Of a DNA stretch of 64,000 nucleotides, positions 1 through 9,504 are shown piece after piece. The number at the start of each line of letters is the position of its first letter. Position 1 is the stretch's first letter. Under the pieces are notes generated by a model. It made no database searches and was not told the origin of the DNA. It saw nothing but the letters and a program-made list of their open reading frames with translations. The DNA is from Deltaproteobacteria bacterium (lineage in GTDB: Bacteria; Myxococcota; JACRCW01), in NCBI GenBank assembly GCA_016218805.1, contig JACRCW010000065.1:94040-158039 (forward strand), given 5' to 3'. The position numbers and the translations under genes are program-made.

Positions 1-291
1 CCACGGGTGGACGGTGTGAGCCCCAACGAGCGGACCGCGGGGACGGGCGGCGACACTGCGATCCTGGGCCGCTACCTCAAGCCCGCGTACAACGCGTGGA
101 GTGACGACGTAACTCCGGTGCGGGCGTTTGTGGATGACCGCGAGGTCACGGTGCTGGAGGCGGACGCGGGAGGCAGCCGGCTGCGCGTGGAATTGCCGGA
201 CGACCTGGCCGCGGGGCTGCACAACGTCCGGGTGGAGAACCGGTTTGGGACGGACACGCTGGAGAACGCCTATCTTGTTGTGGGGCCCTGA
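1..291 (+). CDS. C-terminal part of an IPT/TIG (Ig-like) domain protein; 5' end lies outside the window
   Basis: Open frame from position 1: PRVDGVSPN...TAILGRY...LRVELP...GLHNVRVEN..G...L.NAY, an IPT/TIG-like pattern. Confidence 0.55.
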   Translation, partial: PRVDGVSPNERTAGTGGDTAILGRYLKPAYNAWSDDVTPVRAFVDDREVTVLEADAGGSRLRVELPDDLAAGLHNVRVENRFGTDTLENAYLVVGP

Positions 292-297
292 CCGGCG

Positions 298-2178
298 TCA
301 TTTCATCTTGGCCTTCATCATGCGCAGCGCGGCCTGCTGGATGGCCGCGGACACGCTCTTGCTCTTGGCCACCGAGCGGATGTCGCTTTCACGCAGCATG
401 GACAGGAAGCGCTGGGACACCGCGATGGGCGCCTTGGGGTTGTTCACCAGGGCCAGCTTCACCGCGTAGGGCCGCGTCATCTCCCTGTTGTTGGCCACGT
501 AGCGGATGACCACGTCCTGCACCGAGCGGCTGTTGGCGGCGGACACCACCTCCTGCGGCGTGATGCGCGGGCTCTTGATCACCGCCTCGGCCACCATCCG
601 GTTGGACTCACGGATGAGGATGGAGCGCACTTCCTTGTTGCCCTTGAGGGCCGCCGCGATCTTCTGCGACGTGGACATCTTCATGATCTTCTGGTTGATG
701 GTGAGGCGCTTGCCCGACGCGTCCACGCTGTCGTCGTCCTCCAGCGAGGCAAGTTCCTCGGCGGACATGGCCTCCAGTTCCGCTTCGGTCTTGCCCTCCT
801 CGGTCTGCTGGCCGGGTTTCCAACCCTGCGGGGCCTTGCCTTCCCGGAACGCCCGCTCCTGCAGGTCCGGAGACAGCAGGTCAAACGGAACCTCAATGTG
901 CTTCACCGCCTCCTCAAGTTCCGTCTTGCCCAGGCGGGACACGGAGTCCTGGAACTCGGGAACGTCATCCAGCACGATGCCGACGCGCACCATGAAGTCA
1001 ATGACGTTTTCAAGCACACTCTTGAGCGTGTGCCCGTTCTCCTTGAGCGCGCGGCAGATGTCATGGTGCCGCAGGATGCGCTCCTGGTTGTTGGCAATCA
1101 GCCCGATCACCGTCTCATTGGACGTGAGCCGCGCCGCCTTGGCGTAGGTCTCGTCCGCCGTCTGGCGGTTGAGCAGGATGGTCTCCATCCACTTGGGATT
1201 GTCCACCAGCTTCTGCGCAAACAGGTCCAGGACCGGCGCGGCGATCTTCTCGCCCAGGACGGCCTGGAGGATCCGGTCCGGGAACGTGCTGAAGCTCTTG
1301 TCCGCCGCCTCCGCAATCTTGGGATCCGTGTCGCCGGTGAGCAGAAAGACGACGTGGACGAGTTCGCGCGGCGGGATGGGCGCCAGGCCTTTGGCCGCCA
1401 TCATCCGCAGCGGCGCCGGCGCCCCGCCCGTGTGCTTGCGCACCGCGTCGCTGATGAACTCCGGAGGAAGCGCTCGCTCGCCGGAGGCCGGGAGGCTTGG
1501 TGGCGGCGGGCCGCTGTCAACGGGGGCAGGGGCCGCTACCGGTGCCGGTGCGGCGGCCACGGGCGCCGGCTCCCCAACGGGAACCGCGGCGGCCGCCTTG
1601 GGGGCGGGCGGCGGCGGCGCCACCGGGGCAGGGGCCACCGGGGCAGGCGCCGGCGAACCACCGGGCGGCGTGGATTCCTCCACGGCGGACAACTCCAGGC
1701 CGATGTCCGCCGCGGCGACCGCAGCGGGCGGCGGTGCGGGCCGCGGGGCGGCAACCGCGGAACCGGGGAGCGCGGCCGGCGCGCGCGGCGCAGACCCGGG
1801 CAGCGGTGCTGGTGACGACGGGACGGCAGAACCGGGCAGCGGCGCGGCGGCGCGCGGTGGCGGTGGTGCGGAACCGGGTAGCGGCGCAGGTGACGACGGG
1901 ACGGCGGAACCAGGCAGCGGCGCGGCGGCACGTGGCGCGGGTGGGGCGGAACCGGGAAGCGGCGCGGCGGCTCGTGGTGGTGGCGGTGCGGAACCGGGCA
2001 GCGGTGCTGGTGACGACGGGACGGCAGAACCGGGCAGCGGCGCGGCGGCACGTGGCGCGGGCGGCGCGGAGCCGGGCAGCGGCGCGGGGGCCCTCGGCGC
2101 AGGCGCCGCAGTACCCGGTAGTGGCGCCGGGGCACGCGCCGGAGTGCCGGGTGGTGGCGGTTGGCGAGGTTCGTTCAT
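298..2178 (-). CDS. Conserved hypothetical protein: Pro/Ala-rich repetitive N-terminus plus helical C-terminal domain
   Basis: ATG at 2178 with AGGA RBS; APLPGSA repeats, then a globular region (LRMMAAKGLAP...ALKGNKEVRSILIRESNRMVAEAVIKSP...LALVNNPK) with biased codon usage. Confidence 0.8.
   Translation of the reverse strand: MNEPRQPPPPGTPARAPAPLPGTAAPAPRAPAPLPGSAPPAPRAAAPLPGSAVPSSPAPLPGSAPPPPRAAAPLPGSAPPAPRAAAPLPGSAVPSSPAPLPGSAPPPPRAAAPLPGSAVPSSPAPLPGSAPRAPAALPGSAVAAPRPAPPPAAVAAADIGLELSAVEESTPPGGSPAPAPVAPAPVAPPPPAPKAAAAVPVGEPAPVAAAPAPVAAPAPVDSGPPPPSLPASGERALPPEFISDAVRKHTGGAPAPLRMMAAKGLAPIPPRELVHVVFLLTGDTDPKIAEAADKSFSTFPDRILQAVLGEKIAAPVLDLFAQKLVDNPKWMETILLNRQTADETYAKAARLTSNETVIGLIANNQERILRHHDICRALKENGHTLKSVLENVIDFMVRVGIVLDDVPEFQDSVSRLGKTELEEAVKHIEVPFDLLSPDLQERAFREGKAPQGWKPGQQTEEGKTEAELEAMSAEELASLEDDDSVDASGKRLTINQKIMKMSTSQKIAAALKGNKEVRSILIRESNRMVAEAVIKSPRITPQEVVSAANSRSVQDVVIRYVANNREMTRPYAVKLALVNNPKAPIAVSQRFLSMLRESDIRSVAKSKSVSAAIQQAALRMMKAKMK
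1780..2140 (-). repeat. Intragenic imperfect tandem repeat encoding about 9 APLPG(S/T)A units
   Basis: Near-identical blocks, e.g. gggcagcggtgctggtgacgacgggacggcagaaccgggcagcggcgcggcggc at about 1798 and about 1997. Confidence 0.85.
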
Positions 2179-2270
2179 CGGTGTTCCTGCTGAGCTGCGC
2201 TCGAGGTCGGATGCGGCCCGAGGTTGCCACATCCGCGGCGGAACACCTAGGCGCGGCCCACCACACCCGC

Positions 2271-2331
2271 CCCCCACCCGGGCGATGCTCCGCATCGCAT
2301 CGCCCGACCTCCCCCCGCAAGCGAGGGGAGG
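2271..2331. repeat. REP-like double-hairpin intergenic element
   Basis: CCCCCACCC, then a perfect 10-bp stem CGGGCGATGC/GCATCGCCCG (2279-2306), then a CCTCCCC..GCAAGC..GGGGAGG hairpin. Confidence 0.55.
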
Positions 2332-2356
2332 CGGTGCTGTGTTGTGCCTTTCCGCT

Positions 2357-3559
2357 TCAGTCGTTGGGCTTCTCGGGCGCCGGCGCCGTCGCCATGAAGT
2401 CCTTCTTGAAGCGCTCGCCGTACTCGCCCATCAGCTTTTCAATGCGCTTGCAGTCCGTGGACTTCAGGATGATCCCCGCGTGGTGCTCCTTCTTCACCTG
2501 CATCACGATTTCCGGGTCCGTGTACGCCGAGTAGTCCGGCCACGCCTGCCGCGCGAGCGTCACCGCCGCGCCCGCGTAGTCCCTGCGAACATTCTTGGGC
2601 AGCTCATACGGGACCTGGCCCTTGTCGATCTCGATGTTGGCCCACTCCTCCCACAGGTTCACCCCCGTGGCCGCCTCCACCACGTCGGAGATGTGCGCCC
2701 CGCCCACGCGCGCGCTGGTCTCCATGAAGTAGAACTTCCCGTCCTTGCCCTTGATGTACTCGGTGTGGCTCACGCCGCGGACCAGGTTGAGCCGCGTCAG
2801 CACCTGCTCGTTGAGCTTGCGCAGTTCCTTCTCATCACTGCTGCCGCGCTCCACCGTGTGCGTGGTGAAGATGCCCCCGCCGTGCGCCACGTCAAACGGC
2901 GGCGTGCCGCACCGGTGCACCTCGGCAAACGCCACCTTCTTCTCGGAGATGATGGAGTCGCAGTGGTAGATGTCCCCGGGCACAAACCGCTCCAGCAGGA
3001 AGTAGCTCTGCTGGTCACCCAGGCGCTCCAGTTCCTTCCACAGCTGGTCCGGGTCCCGGATCTTGCGGATGCCGGTGGCGGACGCCTGCGAGCGCGGCTT
3101 CAGCATCCACGGCGGCGGCACGCGCGCCATGTACTCGCGCAGCTCGTCGTAGTTGAGCACGTGCACAAAGTCCGGCACGGGGATGCCCTCCTCCTGCGCC
3201 TTCACCCGCATGGCCAGCTTGTCGCGGAAGTGGCGCGCGGTGGTGTCACCCATGCCGGGGATGCGCAGGTGCTCGCGCAGGCTGGCCGCCGTCTCCACGT
3301 CGTAGTCGTCCATGGGAACAATGCGGTCAAACTTGATGGAGCGCGCCAGGTAGCTCACCGTGTTGAGCGTATGGGACAGCGGGCTGTCGTCCTGCTGGGC
3401 AAACACATCCGCGAGCACCTCGCGCGGCCAGGCCTCATTGAGGCGCTTGGCGACGGTGAGCAGGAACAGGCGCGCACCGCGGCGCGCGGCCTGGCGCATG
3501 AAACGGTCACCCTTGAAGTAGCTGGCAAGCACCAGGATGTTGAGCGGTTTCTGGGACAC
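2357..3559 (-). CDS. ATP-grasp domain protein
   Basis: GTG at 3559 with GGAG RBS; motifs RDKLAMR, LKPRSQASATGI, LERFVPG, HTEY, FMETSARVGG. Confidence 0.85.
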   Translation of the reverse strand: MSQKPLNILVLASYFKGDRFMRQAARRGARLFLLTVAKRLNEAWPREVLADVFAQQDDSPLSHTLNTVSYLARSIKFDRIVPMDDYDVETAASLREHLRIPGMGDTTARHFRDKLAMRVKAQEEGIPVPDFVHVLNYDELREYMARVPPPWMLKPRSQASATGIRKIRDPDQLWKELERLGDQQSYFLLERFVPGDIYHCDSIISEKKVAFAEVHRCGTPPFDVAHGGGIFTTHTVERGSSDEKELRKLNEQVLTRLNLVRGVSHTEYIKGKDGKFYFMETSARVGGAHISDVVEAATGVNLWEEWANIEIDKGQVPYELPKNVRRDYAGAAVTLARQAWPDYSAYTDPEIVMQVKKEHHAGIILKSTDCKRIEKLMGEYGERFKKDFMATAPAPEKPND

Positions 3560-3614
3560 GGCGGAACTCCGGGCGCCCGGGCGCGGGCGCGGATTTGGGG
3601 GGGGGGACCGGGAT

Positions 3615-5390
3615 CTAGTAGAGCGTGTGGACCCCGTGGAAGGTGTCATAGACGGTCAGCGGGATGGCCGCGCCGCGCGCGGGGGCAAACTCCGGCCGCC
3701 CAAGCCAGCGGCGCACCCGCTCCAGCTGCGCGTCCGTGCCGTCCCAGCTCAGCGACGCAACCTGGCGCCGCAGCGTGGGCTGGACGTGGAAGGTGTGCCA
3801 GGTGTGGCCGCGCTGCACGGTCAGCGTGCAGGGGCGCCTGCGGGCAACCACCCATTGAAACGCTTTGAGGCTCCAGGGGAACCCGTCAATGCGCTGCAAC
3901 TGGTCACCGGGGGCCAGGCCCGCGCGCGCGGCCGCGGTGCCGTCAAACACGTTGAGGATCGCCGGGCCTTTCTCGTCGGCCAGCGTGACCCCCAGGCACG
4001 CCACCTCTTCGTGCGTGAGACGGAAGCCCAGCGCGCCGAGCATCTCCTCGGTGCGCAGCACACCGGCGCGCGCGGTGTCCATTTCAATGAGTTCACGCAG
4101 CGCGGGCACGCGCGCGGCAAAGAACTCCACCACGTCCGCGTGCGTGAAGCCGCGCGGCAGGTGTTGGCGGTAGAACTCACCGAATTCACGCAGCAGCGAC
4201 CGGTCCGCGCCCACCAGCACCGCGTCCATGTCAAACGCGATGAGCATCCCGACGTCATAGTAGTCCACGGAGTTGTTGGGGCTGCCCGGGTAGCGGTGGT
4301 GGTTGAGGAAGGTGGCCAGCGAGCTGTCCCGCGCGGTGGCGACGCGGTACGCCGGCGTCCAGGACAGGTGGCGGTGGAAGTTGACCACGTTGGAGAGGAA
4401 GTCCGCGGGGGCCATCTCACCGGTGCCCACCAGCAGCAGGTACTCCGCATAGCGCGTGATGCCCTCAGCCACCCACAGCAGGTCCGTGAAACTGCCGTGC
4501 TCCAGGTCCGGCCGGAGCAATTCACGGGGTTTCAGCGCGCACACGTTCCACGCGTGGTACAGCTCATGCGCCACCAGCCGCAGCGCGCGGCGGCGCTCCG
4601 CCTCGTCCACAAACGCGAGTTCGCCGAATGCGACCATGGTGGAACTGCGGTGCTCCAGTCCCCAGTGGTGCTGCGGCGCAAAGGAACAGAAGAACGTGTA
4701 GTCCGCAAACGGAAACCCGCCGAAAAGGTCCCGGCAGCGTTCCGCGACCTTCATCGCCGCGTCCAGGAACCGCTCGCGCTCTTCATCAAAGCCGACGCAG
4801 CGGTTGAGGAACACAAAGTGGAATGGCGTGCCCGCGCAGTCACGCGTGAAGCGGTCAAACGCGCCTGCGGCCACGGGCGTGTCCATCATGGCGTGGAAAT
4901 CCGCGTATTCAAAGCGTGCGCCGCCGCGGTCCACGGCGCCGTAGGGGTGGTGCAGCGGCCATTCCGGCGGGAAGCGGTAGGTCACGGAGACGGGCCCGTC
5001 CCACTCGGGGACCTGCAGCCAGGAGGTGCCCAGCAGCACCGCCTGCGTCTGTTCCAGGTAGCCGTGCAACTCGCTCCACGCGGGCTCGTACAGGTGCACG
5101 CGGTAGCGCAGCTCCACCCGGTGCACCCCGCCGCCCACCTTCCACGCGGTGAGACCGTCCCGCTCCAGCGGCAGGACCGCGCCGGTGACGGCGTCACGGG
5201 CCTCCATGGCGGAGAGGTTGCGCGCGTAGCGCAAGAACGCGTACGCGCCCGGCACCCACGTGGGAACGCGCACCCGCAGCGGGTCCGGCATCCCGCGCGC
5301 GTCCACGTCCACCACCACGTCCAGCACGTGCTCGGCGGGGTGCGCCGTCACCGTGTAGTTCACGCGCGGGGTGTCGTCGCGGGCGGGCAT
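3615..5390 (-). CDS. M61 family (glycyl aminopeptidase-like) metallopeptidase with C-terminal PDZ domain
   Basis: ATG at 5390 with AGGAGG RBS; PTWVPGAY, GLEHRSST, HELYH (HExxH), LLWVAEGIT; PDZ-like AARAGLAPGDQL. Confidence 0.9.
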   Translation of the reverse strand: MPARDDTPRVNYTVTAHPAEHVLDVVVDVDARGMPDPLRVRVPTWVPGAYAFLRYARNLSAMEARDAVTGAVLPLERDGLTAWKVGGGVHRVELRYRVHLYEPAWSELHGYLEQTQAVLLGTSWLQVPEWDGPVSVTYRFPPEWPLHHPYGAVDRGGARFEYADFHAMMDTPVAAGAFDRFTRDCAGTPFHFVFLNRCVGFDEERERFLDAAMKVAERCRDLFGGFPFADYTFFCSFAPQHHWGLEHRSSTMVAFGELAFVDEAERRRALRLVAHELYHAWNVCALKPRELLRPDLEHGSFTDLLWVAEGITRYAEYLLLVGTGEMAPADFLSNVVNFHRHLSWTPAYRVATARDSSLATFLNHHRYPGSPNNSVDYYDVGMLIAFDMDAVLVGADRSLLREFGEFYRQHLPRGFTHADVVEFFAARVPALRELIEMDTARAGVLRTEEMLGALGFRLTHEEVACLGVTLADEKGPAILNVFDGTAAARAGLAPGDQLQRIDGFPWSLKAFQWVVARRRPCTLTVQRGHTWHTFHVQPTLRRQVASLSWDGTDAQLERVRRWLGRPEFAPARGAAIPLTVYDTFHGVHTLY

Positions 5391-5452
5391 GGCTCCTCCT
5401 GGGCGCGCCGCACTACCAGAGCACGGGACGGAATCAACCGCCGGATGGGCGT

Positions 5453-6460
5453 TCAGGACGGCAGGCGCAGCAGGCGGGCCGCGTTGCCGTACAGCACGCC
5501 GTGGCGGAGCGCGGCGTTGCCCTCGGTGGCCATGAGCACCTTCGCGAGGGCGATGGCCTGGTGGTAGAACGGCCAATCCGTCCCGTACATGATCCTGCGC
5601 GTGTCACCCTGCTCCAGCAGCCGCCGCAGCGCCGGCAGCCCTTGTGACGAGATCTCCATCCACGCATTGGGATAGCGGTTCAAGAGCGCCGTGGCCTCCT
5701 CCACCTGCAGCGCGCCGGCGTGTCCCAGCACAAAGGTCGTCTCCGGGCATTCGCGCAGCGGTCTTTCATAGAAGCGCACCTGCGACAGGTGCCGCCCCAG
5801 CCGCGGTTCAATGCCGACGGGACCGCAGTGCCACAGCACCGGCAGGCCGCGCGCGCCGCACGCGCGGTACAGCTTGATGGCGCGCTCATTGTCCGGGCGG
5901 ACGGATTGCACGGCGGGGTGCATCTTCACGCCACGCGCGCCGCGGGCCACCAGGTCATCCAGGTGGTGCTCCATGTCCACGTCATACGGGTGGATGCTGC
6001 CAAAGCAGACAATGCCCTCCACCCCGCGCGTGACCTCCAATGCGTTCTCGCTGTTGCGGGAGAGGAACGGGAAATCAATGGGCAGCAGCACGGAGCGCGC
6101 AATGCCCATCTCGCCCATCTCACGCAGCAGGTTGGGGAGCGTGTGCGTGGCGCGCAGGCCTCCCGCGGTGAGGCTCCCCAGTGTGAGGTCCCGCTTCATC
6201 TGCTTGAGCCGCGCCACCGTGAAGTTGCGGTTCACGTACACGTCCAGGTCCACCGCGCAGCACGCCGGCAGGTAGTGCTCGGTCCACGGGGTGGGCTTGC
6301 GCAGGTCCAGTTGCAGCGGGCGCACGTAGGCCAGCGCCAGGTGCGTATGCATGTCAATGATCGGCCCCACGGAGCGGTCGTGCATCACCAGCCGCCCGTC
6401 CACAACCTTGAACCAGGGAAGCCGGGCGAGGTCTGCGAGGTCGCGGAAGCGGGTCTCCAT
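5453..6460 (-). CDS. Amidohydrolase family protein (Amidohydro_2 type)
   Basis: IDMHTH metal motif, GVKMHP, HCG, GHAG, MYGTDWPF. Confidence 0.85.
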   Translation of the reverse strand: METRFRDLADLARLPWFKVVDGRLVMHDRSVGPIIDMHTHLALAYVRPLQLDLRKPTPWTEHYLPACCAVDLDVYVNRNFTVARLKQMKRDLTLGSLTAGGLRATHTLPNLLREMGEMGIARSVLLPIDFPFLSRNSENALEVTRGVEGIVCFGSIHPYDVDMEHHLDDLVARGARGVKMHPAVQSVRPDNERAIKLYRACGARGLPVLWHCGPVGIEPRLGRHLSQVRFYERPLRECPETTFVLGHAGALQVEEATALLNRYPNAWMEISSQGLPALRRLLEQGDTRRIMYGTDWPFYHQAIALAKVLMATEGNAALRHGVLYGNAARLLRLPS

Positions 6461-6469
6461 GGGTGCGTC

Positions 6470-7792
6470 TCAGCCTGCGTCCAGCGTGTCCATGCCGTCC
6501 ATGAAGTCCAGGATGATGTCATGGATGGCGCCGCGGTCTTCCATGGAGCCCAGCATCCCGTACATGGCGGAGGAACCCTCGGGCACCACCTTGCCGTGTT
6601 CCAGTCCGTTGACGCATTCGCGCAGGTCCGTCAGGAACGCGTCCACCACGCCCTTGTGCGCCGGCGTCACCATCATGTGCAGGCACGGCGGGCGCTGCTG
6701 CCGGTCCAGCTTCCAGCCGCGCTTCTCCATCACGTCCGCCAGGCCGTACACGTCAATGACGTCAGAAGTGAACGCAAACACGCCCATCACCGGGTTGCCC
6801 ATGATTCTCAGACCGGGCGTGGCGCGGATGCCGTCCAGGATGCGCCCCGTGGTGTCCATCACGTCCCGGGCAATGGTGGTGTAGCCGTCCATGCCAATGT
6901 GGTTGAGCGCGGCCCACGCCGCGGCAATGGCGCCGCCCGGCCGGGTGCCGGTCATGGACGGGGAACCGTACAATCCGCCGGGCCAATCCCCGTAGGTGAA
7001 GTACTGGAAACGCCGCAATTCCCGCGAGCGGTACACCACGGTGGAGGCGCCCTTGGCCGCAAAGCCGTACTTGTGCAGGTCCGCAGAGATGGACGTCACG
7101 CCGTCCACCCGGAAGTCCCAGGGCGGGACGGCGCGGCCGGTACGTTCCAGAAATGGCAGGAAATACCCGCCCACGCACGCATCCACGTGGCACAGGATGC
7201 CGTGCTGCCGGGCCAGCGCGGCCAACTCCTCAATGGGATCGATCACGCCGTGCGGATAGGCGGGCGCGGACCCGACGACCAGGATGGTGTCCGCCGTGAC
7301 CAGGTCCCGCGCGCGCGCCACGTCCACGCGCAGGTCTTCCCCCAGCGGCATGTGCACGGCGGACACACCGAAGTAATGCGCGGCTTTCTCGAACGCCGGG
7401 TGCACGGACAACGGCACGAGCATTTTCGGTTGTTTCACCCCCGGGCGATTGACGCGCGCCCAGTCACGCGCGGCTTTCACCGCCATGAGGATGCTCTCAC
7501 TGCCCCCGCTGGTCATGGACCCGGCGGCACCCGGTGGCCCGTGGAACAGGTCCACCGCCATGGCCATCACCTCCTGTTCAAACCGGCGCAGCGACGGGAA
7601 CGCCATGGGGTTGAGGCCGTTTTCGGAGAAGAACTTGGTATACGCCTCCTTGACCACCGCCAGCGCCTCGTCGCTGGCCCAGTACACCAGGCTCCACGTC
7701 TTGCCGCGGCGCCAGTCGGCGTCGGACCGCGCGAGTTCATCCATGCGCGCCATCAGCGCAGCGCGCGGGGTTCCCTGCTCCGGGATCTTCAT
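6470..7792 (-). CDS. PLP-dependent sphingosine-1-phosphate lyase-like (group II decarboxylase family) protein
   Basis: TSGGSESI, HPAFEKAA, GSAPAYPHGVIDPI, HVDACVGG, SADLHKYG (PLP Lys), GTRPGG. Confidence 0.85.
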   Translation of the reverse strand: MKIPEQGTPRAALMARMDELARSDADWRRGKTWSLVYWASDEALAVVKEAYTKFFSENGLNPMAFPSLRRFEQEVMAMAVDLFHGPPGAAGSMTSGGSESILMAVKAARDWARVNRPGVKQPKMLVPLSVHPAFEKAAHYFGVSAVHMPLGEDLRVDVARARDLVTADTILVVGSAPAYPHGVIDPIEELAALARQHGILCHVDACVGGYFLPFLERTGRAVPPWDFRVDGVTSISADLHKYGFAAKGASTVVYRSRELRRFQYFTYGDWPGGLYGSPSMTGTRPGGAIAAAWAALNHIGMDGYTTIARDVMDTTGRILDGIRATPGLRIMGNPVMGVFAFTSDVIDVYGLADVMEKRGWKLDRQQRPPCLHMMVTPAHKGVVDAFLTDLRECVNGLEHGKVVPEGSSAMYGMLGSMEDRGAIHDIILDFMDGMDTLDAG

Positions 7793-7881
7793 GGTGGTGT
7801 GCTCCTCGAGGGGGTTTGGGGCGGCGGCAAGCTATCACGGCAGGGCGCGGCCCCGGGTCCTCTGGTACAACGGGCGGGCCC

Positions 7882-8325
7882 ATGACCGCCTACCTGCTGG
7901 TGGCCCTGATGGCCATGCCCGGTCCCCTGCTGTGGGCCCTCAGCACGGAGGCCATTGTCGTCTACCAGGTACACGCCGGGCTGGACCCGCTGGGCCTGGC
8001 GGCCAGCGCGGCGCTGGGCCAGGTGGGCACCTTCCTCATCCTGTACGCGCTGGGTGAAAAGGGCCTGCGGCGCATCCGCTGGTTTGATGAACGCCTCAAC
8101 CGCCTGGATGACCGCGCGCGCGAACGGATGCGCCGCTCCACGACGGGCGCGCTGGTGTCCGGGGGGCTGGTGGGGCTGCCGCCGGTGATTGCCATGGCGC
8201 CGTTCTGCGGGACGGTGTTCTACCCGCGCCTGCGCATGAGTGCGATTGTGTTCATCACGCGGATGGTGCGTTTCTCGGTGCTGACCCTGGGCGGGCAGCA
8301 GGTGCTGGCGTGGTTTGGACTGTGA
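7882..8325 (+). CDS. Small membrane protein, DedA/VTT-like
   Basis: Several hydrophobic segments; pattern ALGQVGTFLILYALG ... GLPP ... RMVRF resembles VTT/DedA proteins. Confidence 0.6.
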   Translation: MTAYLLVALMAMPGPLLWALSTEAIVVYQVHAGLDPLGLAASAALGQVGTFLILYALGEKGLRRIRWFDERLNRLDDRARERMRRSTTGALVSGGLVGLPPVIAMAPFCGTVFYPRLRMSAIVFITRMVRFSVLTLGGQQVLAWFGL

Positions 8326-9194
8326 GCGCGTGGCTGCTGGTTGCCCTGGCTGTCCCGGCGGCGGCCGCGGGGCAGTTGGAGGGGTCCGGGCATTGGGCGG
8401 CGGGCGCCGAGGGCTCAGTGGCCGGACGGTACAACCCGGTGGGCGTGTCCGCCGCGCTGCGCACCACGCTGCGGTACCGCTTCTTCCCGCCGGGCCACCC
8501 GCTGCGGCAGCCGGGACTGCGGCAGGCGCTGTTTGCCCCCTCGTCGGTGGGCCTGGCAGCGACGGTGGATGCCAATCCCGCGTTTGTGCGCGGCGGCGTG
8601 GGGGTGGAGTTCATGCCCGCCGCCGTGTGGCGCACGCGCATCACCTACCAGGCGGCGCAGACGTTTGGGACGTTTGGGTACATGACGCAATTCCCGTCAC
8701 GCGGAGACGCGTTTGATGGGTACGCGCGCTGGTGGCGCATGCGCGCGGGCGGACGCGCCACGCCGCGGATTGTGCAGCGGCTGGTGGCGGACACGCAGTG
8801 GCAGGCACGGGTGTGGCGGTTCATTGCGCTGGACCTGCTGACCGTGGATGGCAACTGGGCCGGCGCTGACGGGTGGTTCTACAACGGCGAATATGACCTG
8901 CTGGTGCACGGCCGCTTCGAAGTGGTGGTGCGCAACATTGGCCTGGTGGCGCTGTCCGTCCTGGACCGGGCCGGGTTGCCGGAGCTGTCAGTGGGCATGT
9001 TTCACGGCGTGGCGCACGCGTGGCGGTCCCGCGGGCAGAACCAGCAGCTGGGCGCGGCGGTGATCATCGGGCCGCCGCTGCGCGGCGTGGTGCGCAACGC
9101 GGTGAGCGTGATCCTGTTGGCGGGAATGCACACGCAGTCGCGCTCGCGGGAGTTGACGCCGTACATGGTGGGCCTGGCCACCGTGTCGTTCTGA
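8322..9194 (+). CDS. Exported hypothetical protein, probable outer-membrane beta-barrel
   Basis: GTG overlaps the upstream TGA; signal peptide; alternating amphipathic strands; terminal Phe (ATVSF). Confidence 0.6.
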   Translation: MSAWLLVALAVPAAAAGQLEGSGHWAAGAEGSVAGRYNPVGVSAALRTTLRYRFFPPGHPLRQPGLRQALFAPSSVGLAATVDANPAFVRGGVGVEFMPAAVWRTRITYQAAQTFGTFGYMTQFPSRGDAFDGYARWWRMRAGGRATPRIVQRLVADTQWQARVWRFIALDLLTVDGNWAGADGWFYNGEYDLLVHGRFEVVVRNIGLVALSVLDRAGLPELSVGMFHGVAHAWRSRGQNQQLGAAVIIGPPLRGVVRNAVSVILLAGMHTQSRSRELTPYMVGLATVSF

Positions 9195-9288
9195 CCGCGC
9201 AGAACACGCGTTCGCGGGAACGCCGCAGGAGCAGGCGGTGGACGCGGTGAAGCGCTGCCATCCGAGGCGGGCGGCCCACTCACGGACA

Positions 9289-9382
9289 CCCCCACCCCCC
9301 TCGCCGACGTCGCTGCGCTGCGCTCCGTCGTCGAGGGCCGCCCCACAGGGGGGCGGCATGGATGGCTTGCCTGCGGCAAGCC
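9289..9382. repeat. REP-like multi-hairpin element between convergent genes
   Basis: CCCCCACCC, then stem CCCTCGCCGACG/CGTCGTCGAGGG, then GCCGCCCC/GGGGCGGC, then TGGCTTGCC/GGCAAGCCA. Confidence 0.5.
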
Positions 9383-9504
9383 AAACGCACGTCATGCAAC
9401 TGATCCGCCTCGCTTCCATCGGCTGGCGTCAGCTCGCGTTCATGGGCCAAGACCGGAGCGTGGGTGACGACGTCAACGCGCCCGGAAAGGGGGGTGGTCG
9501 GCCG

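Noticed and set aside
1169..7885. Long plus-strand ORFs (899, 676, 721 aa) and similar ones elsewhere (e.g. 15813-18074, 32374-34611, 47661-49670)
   Set aside because: Antisense shadows of real genes in high-GC DNA; no motifs and atypical composition
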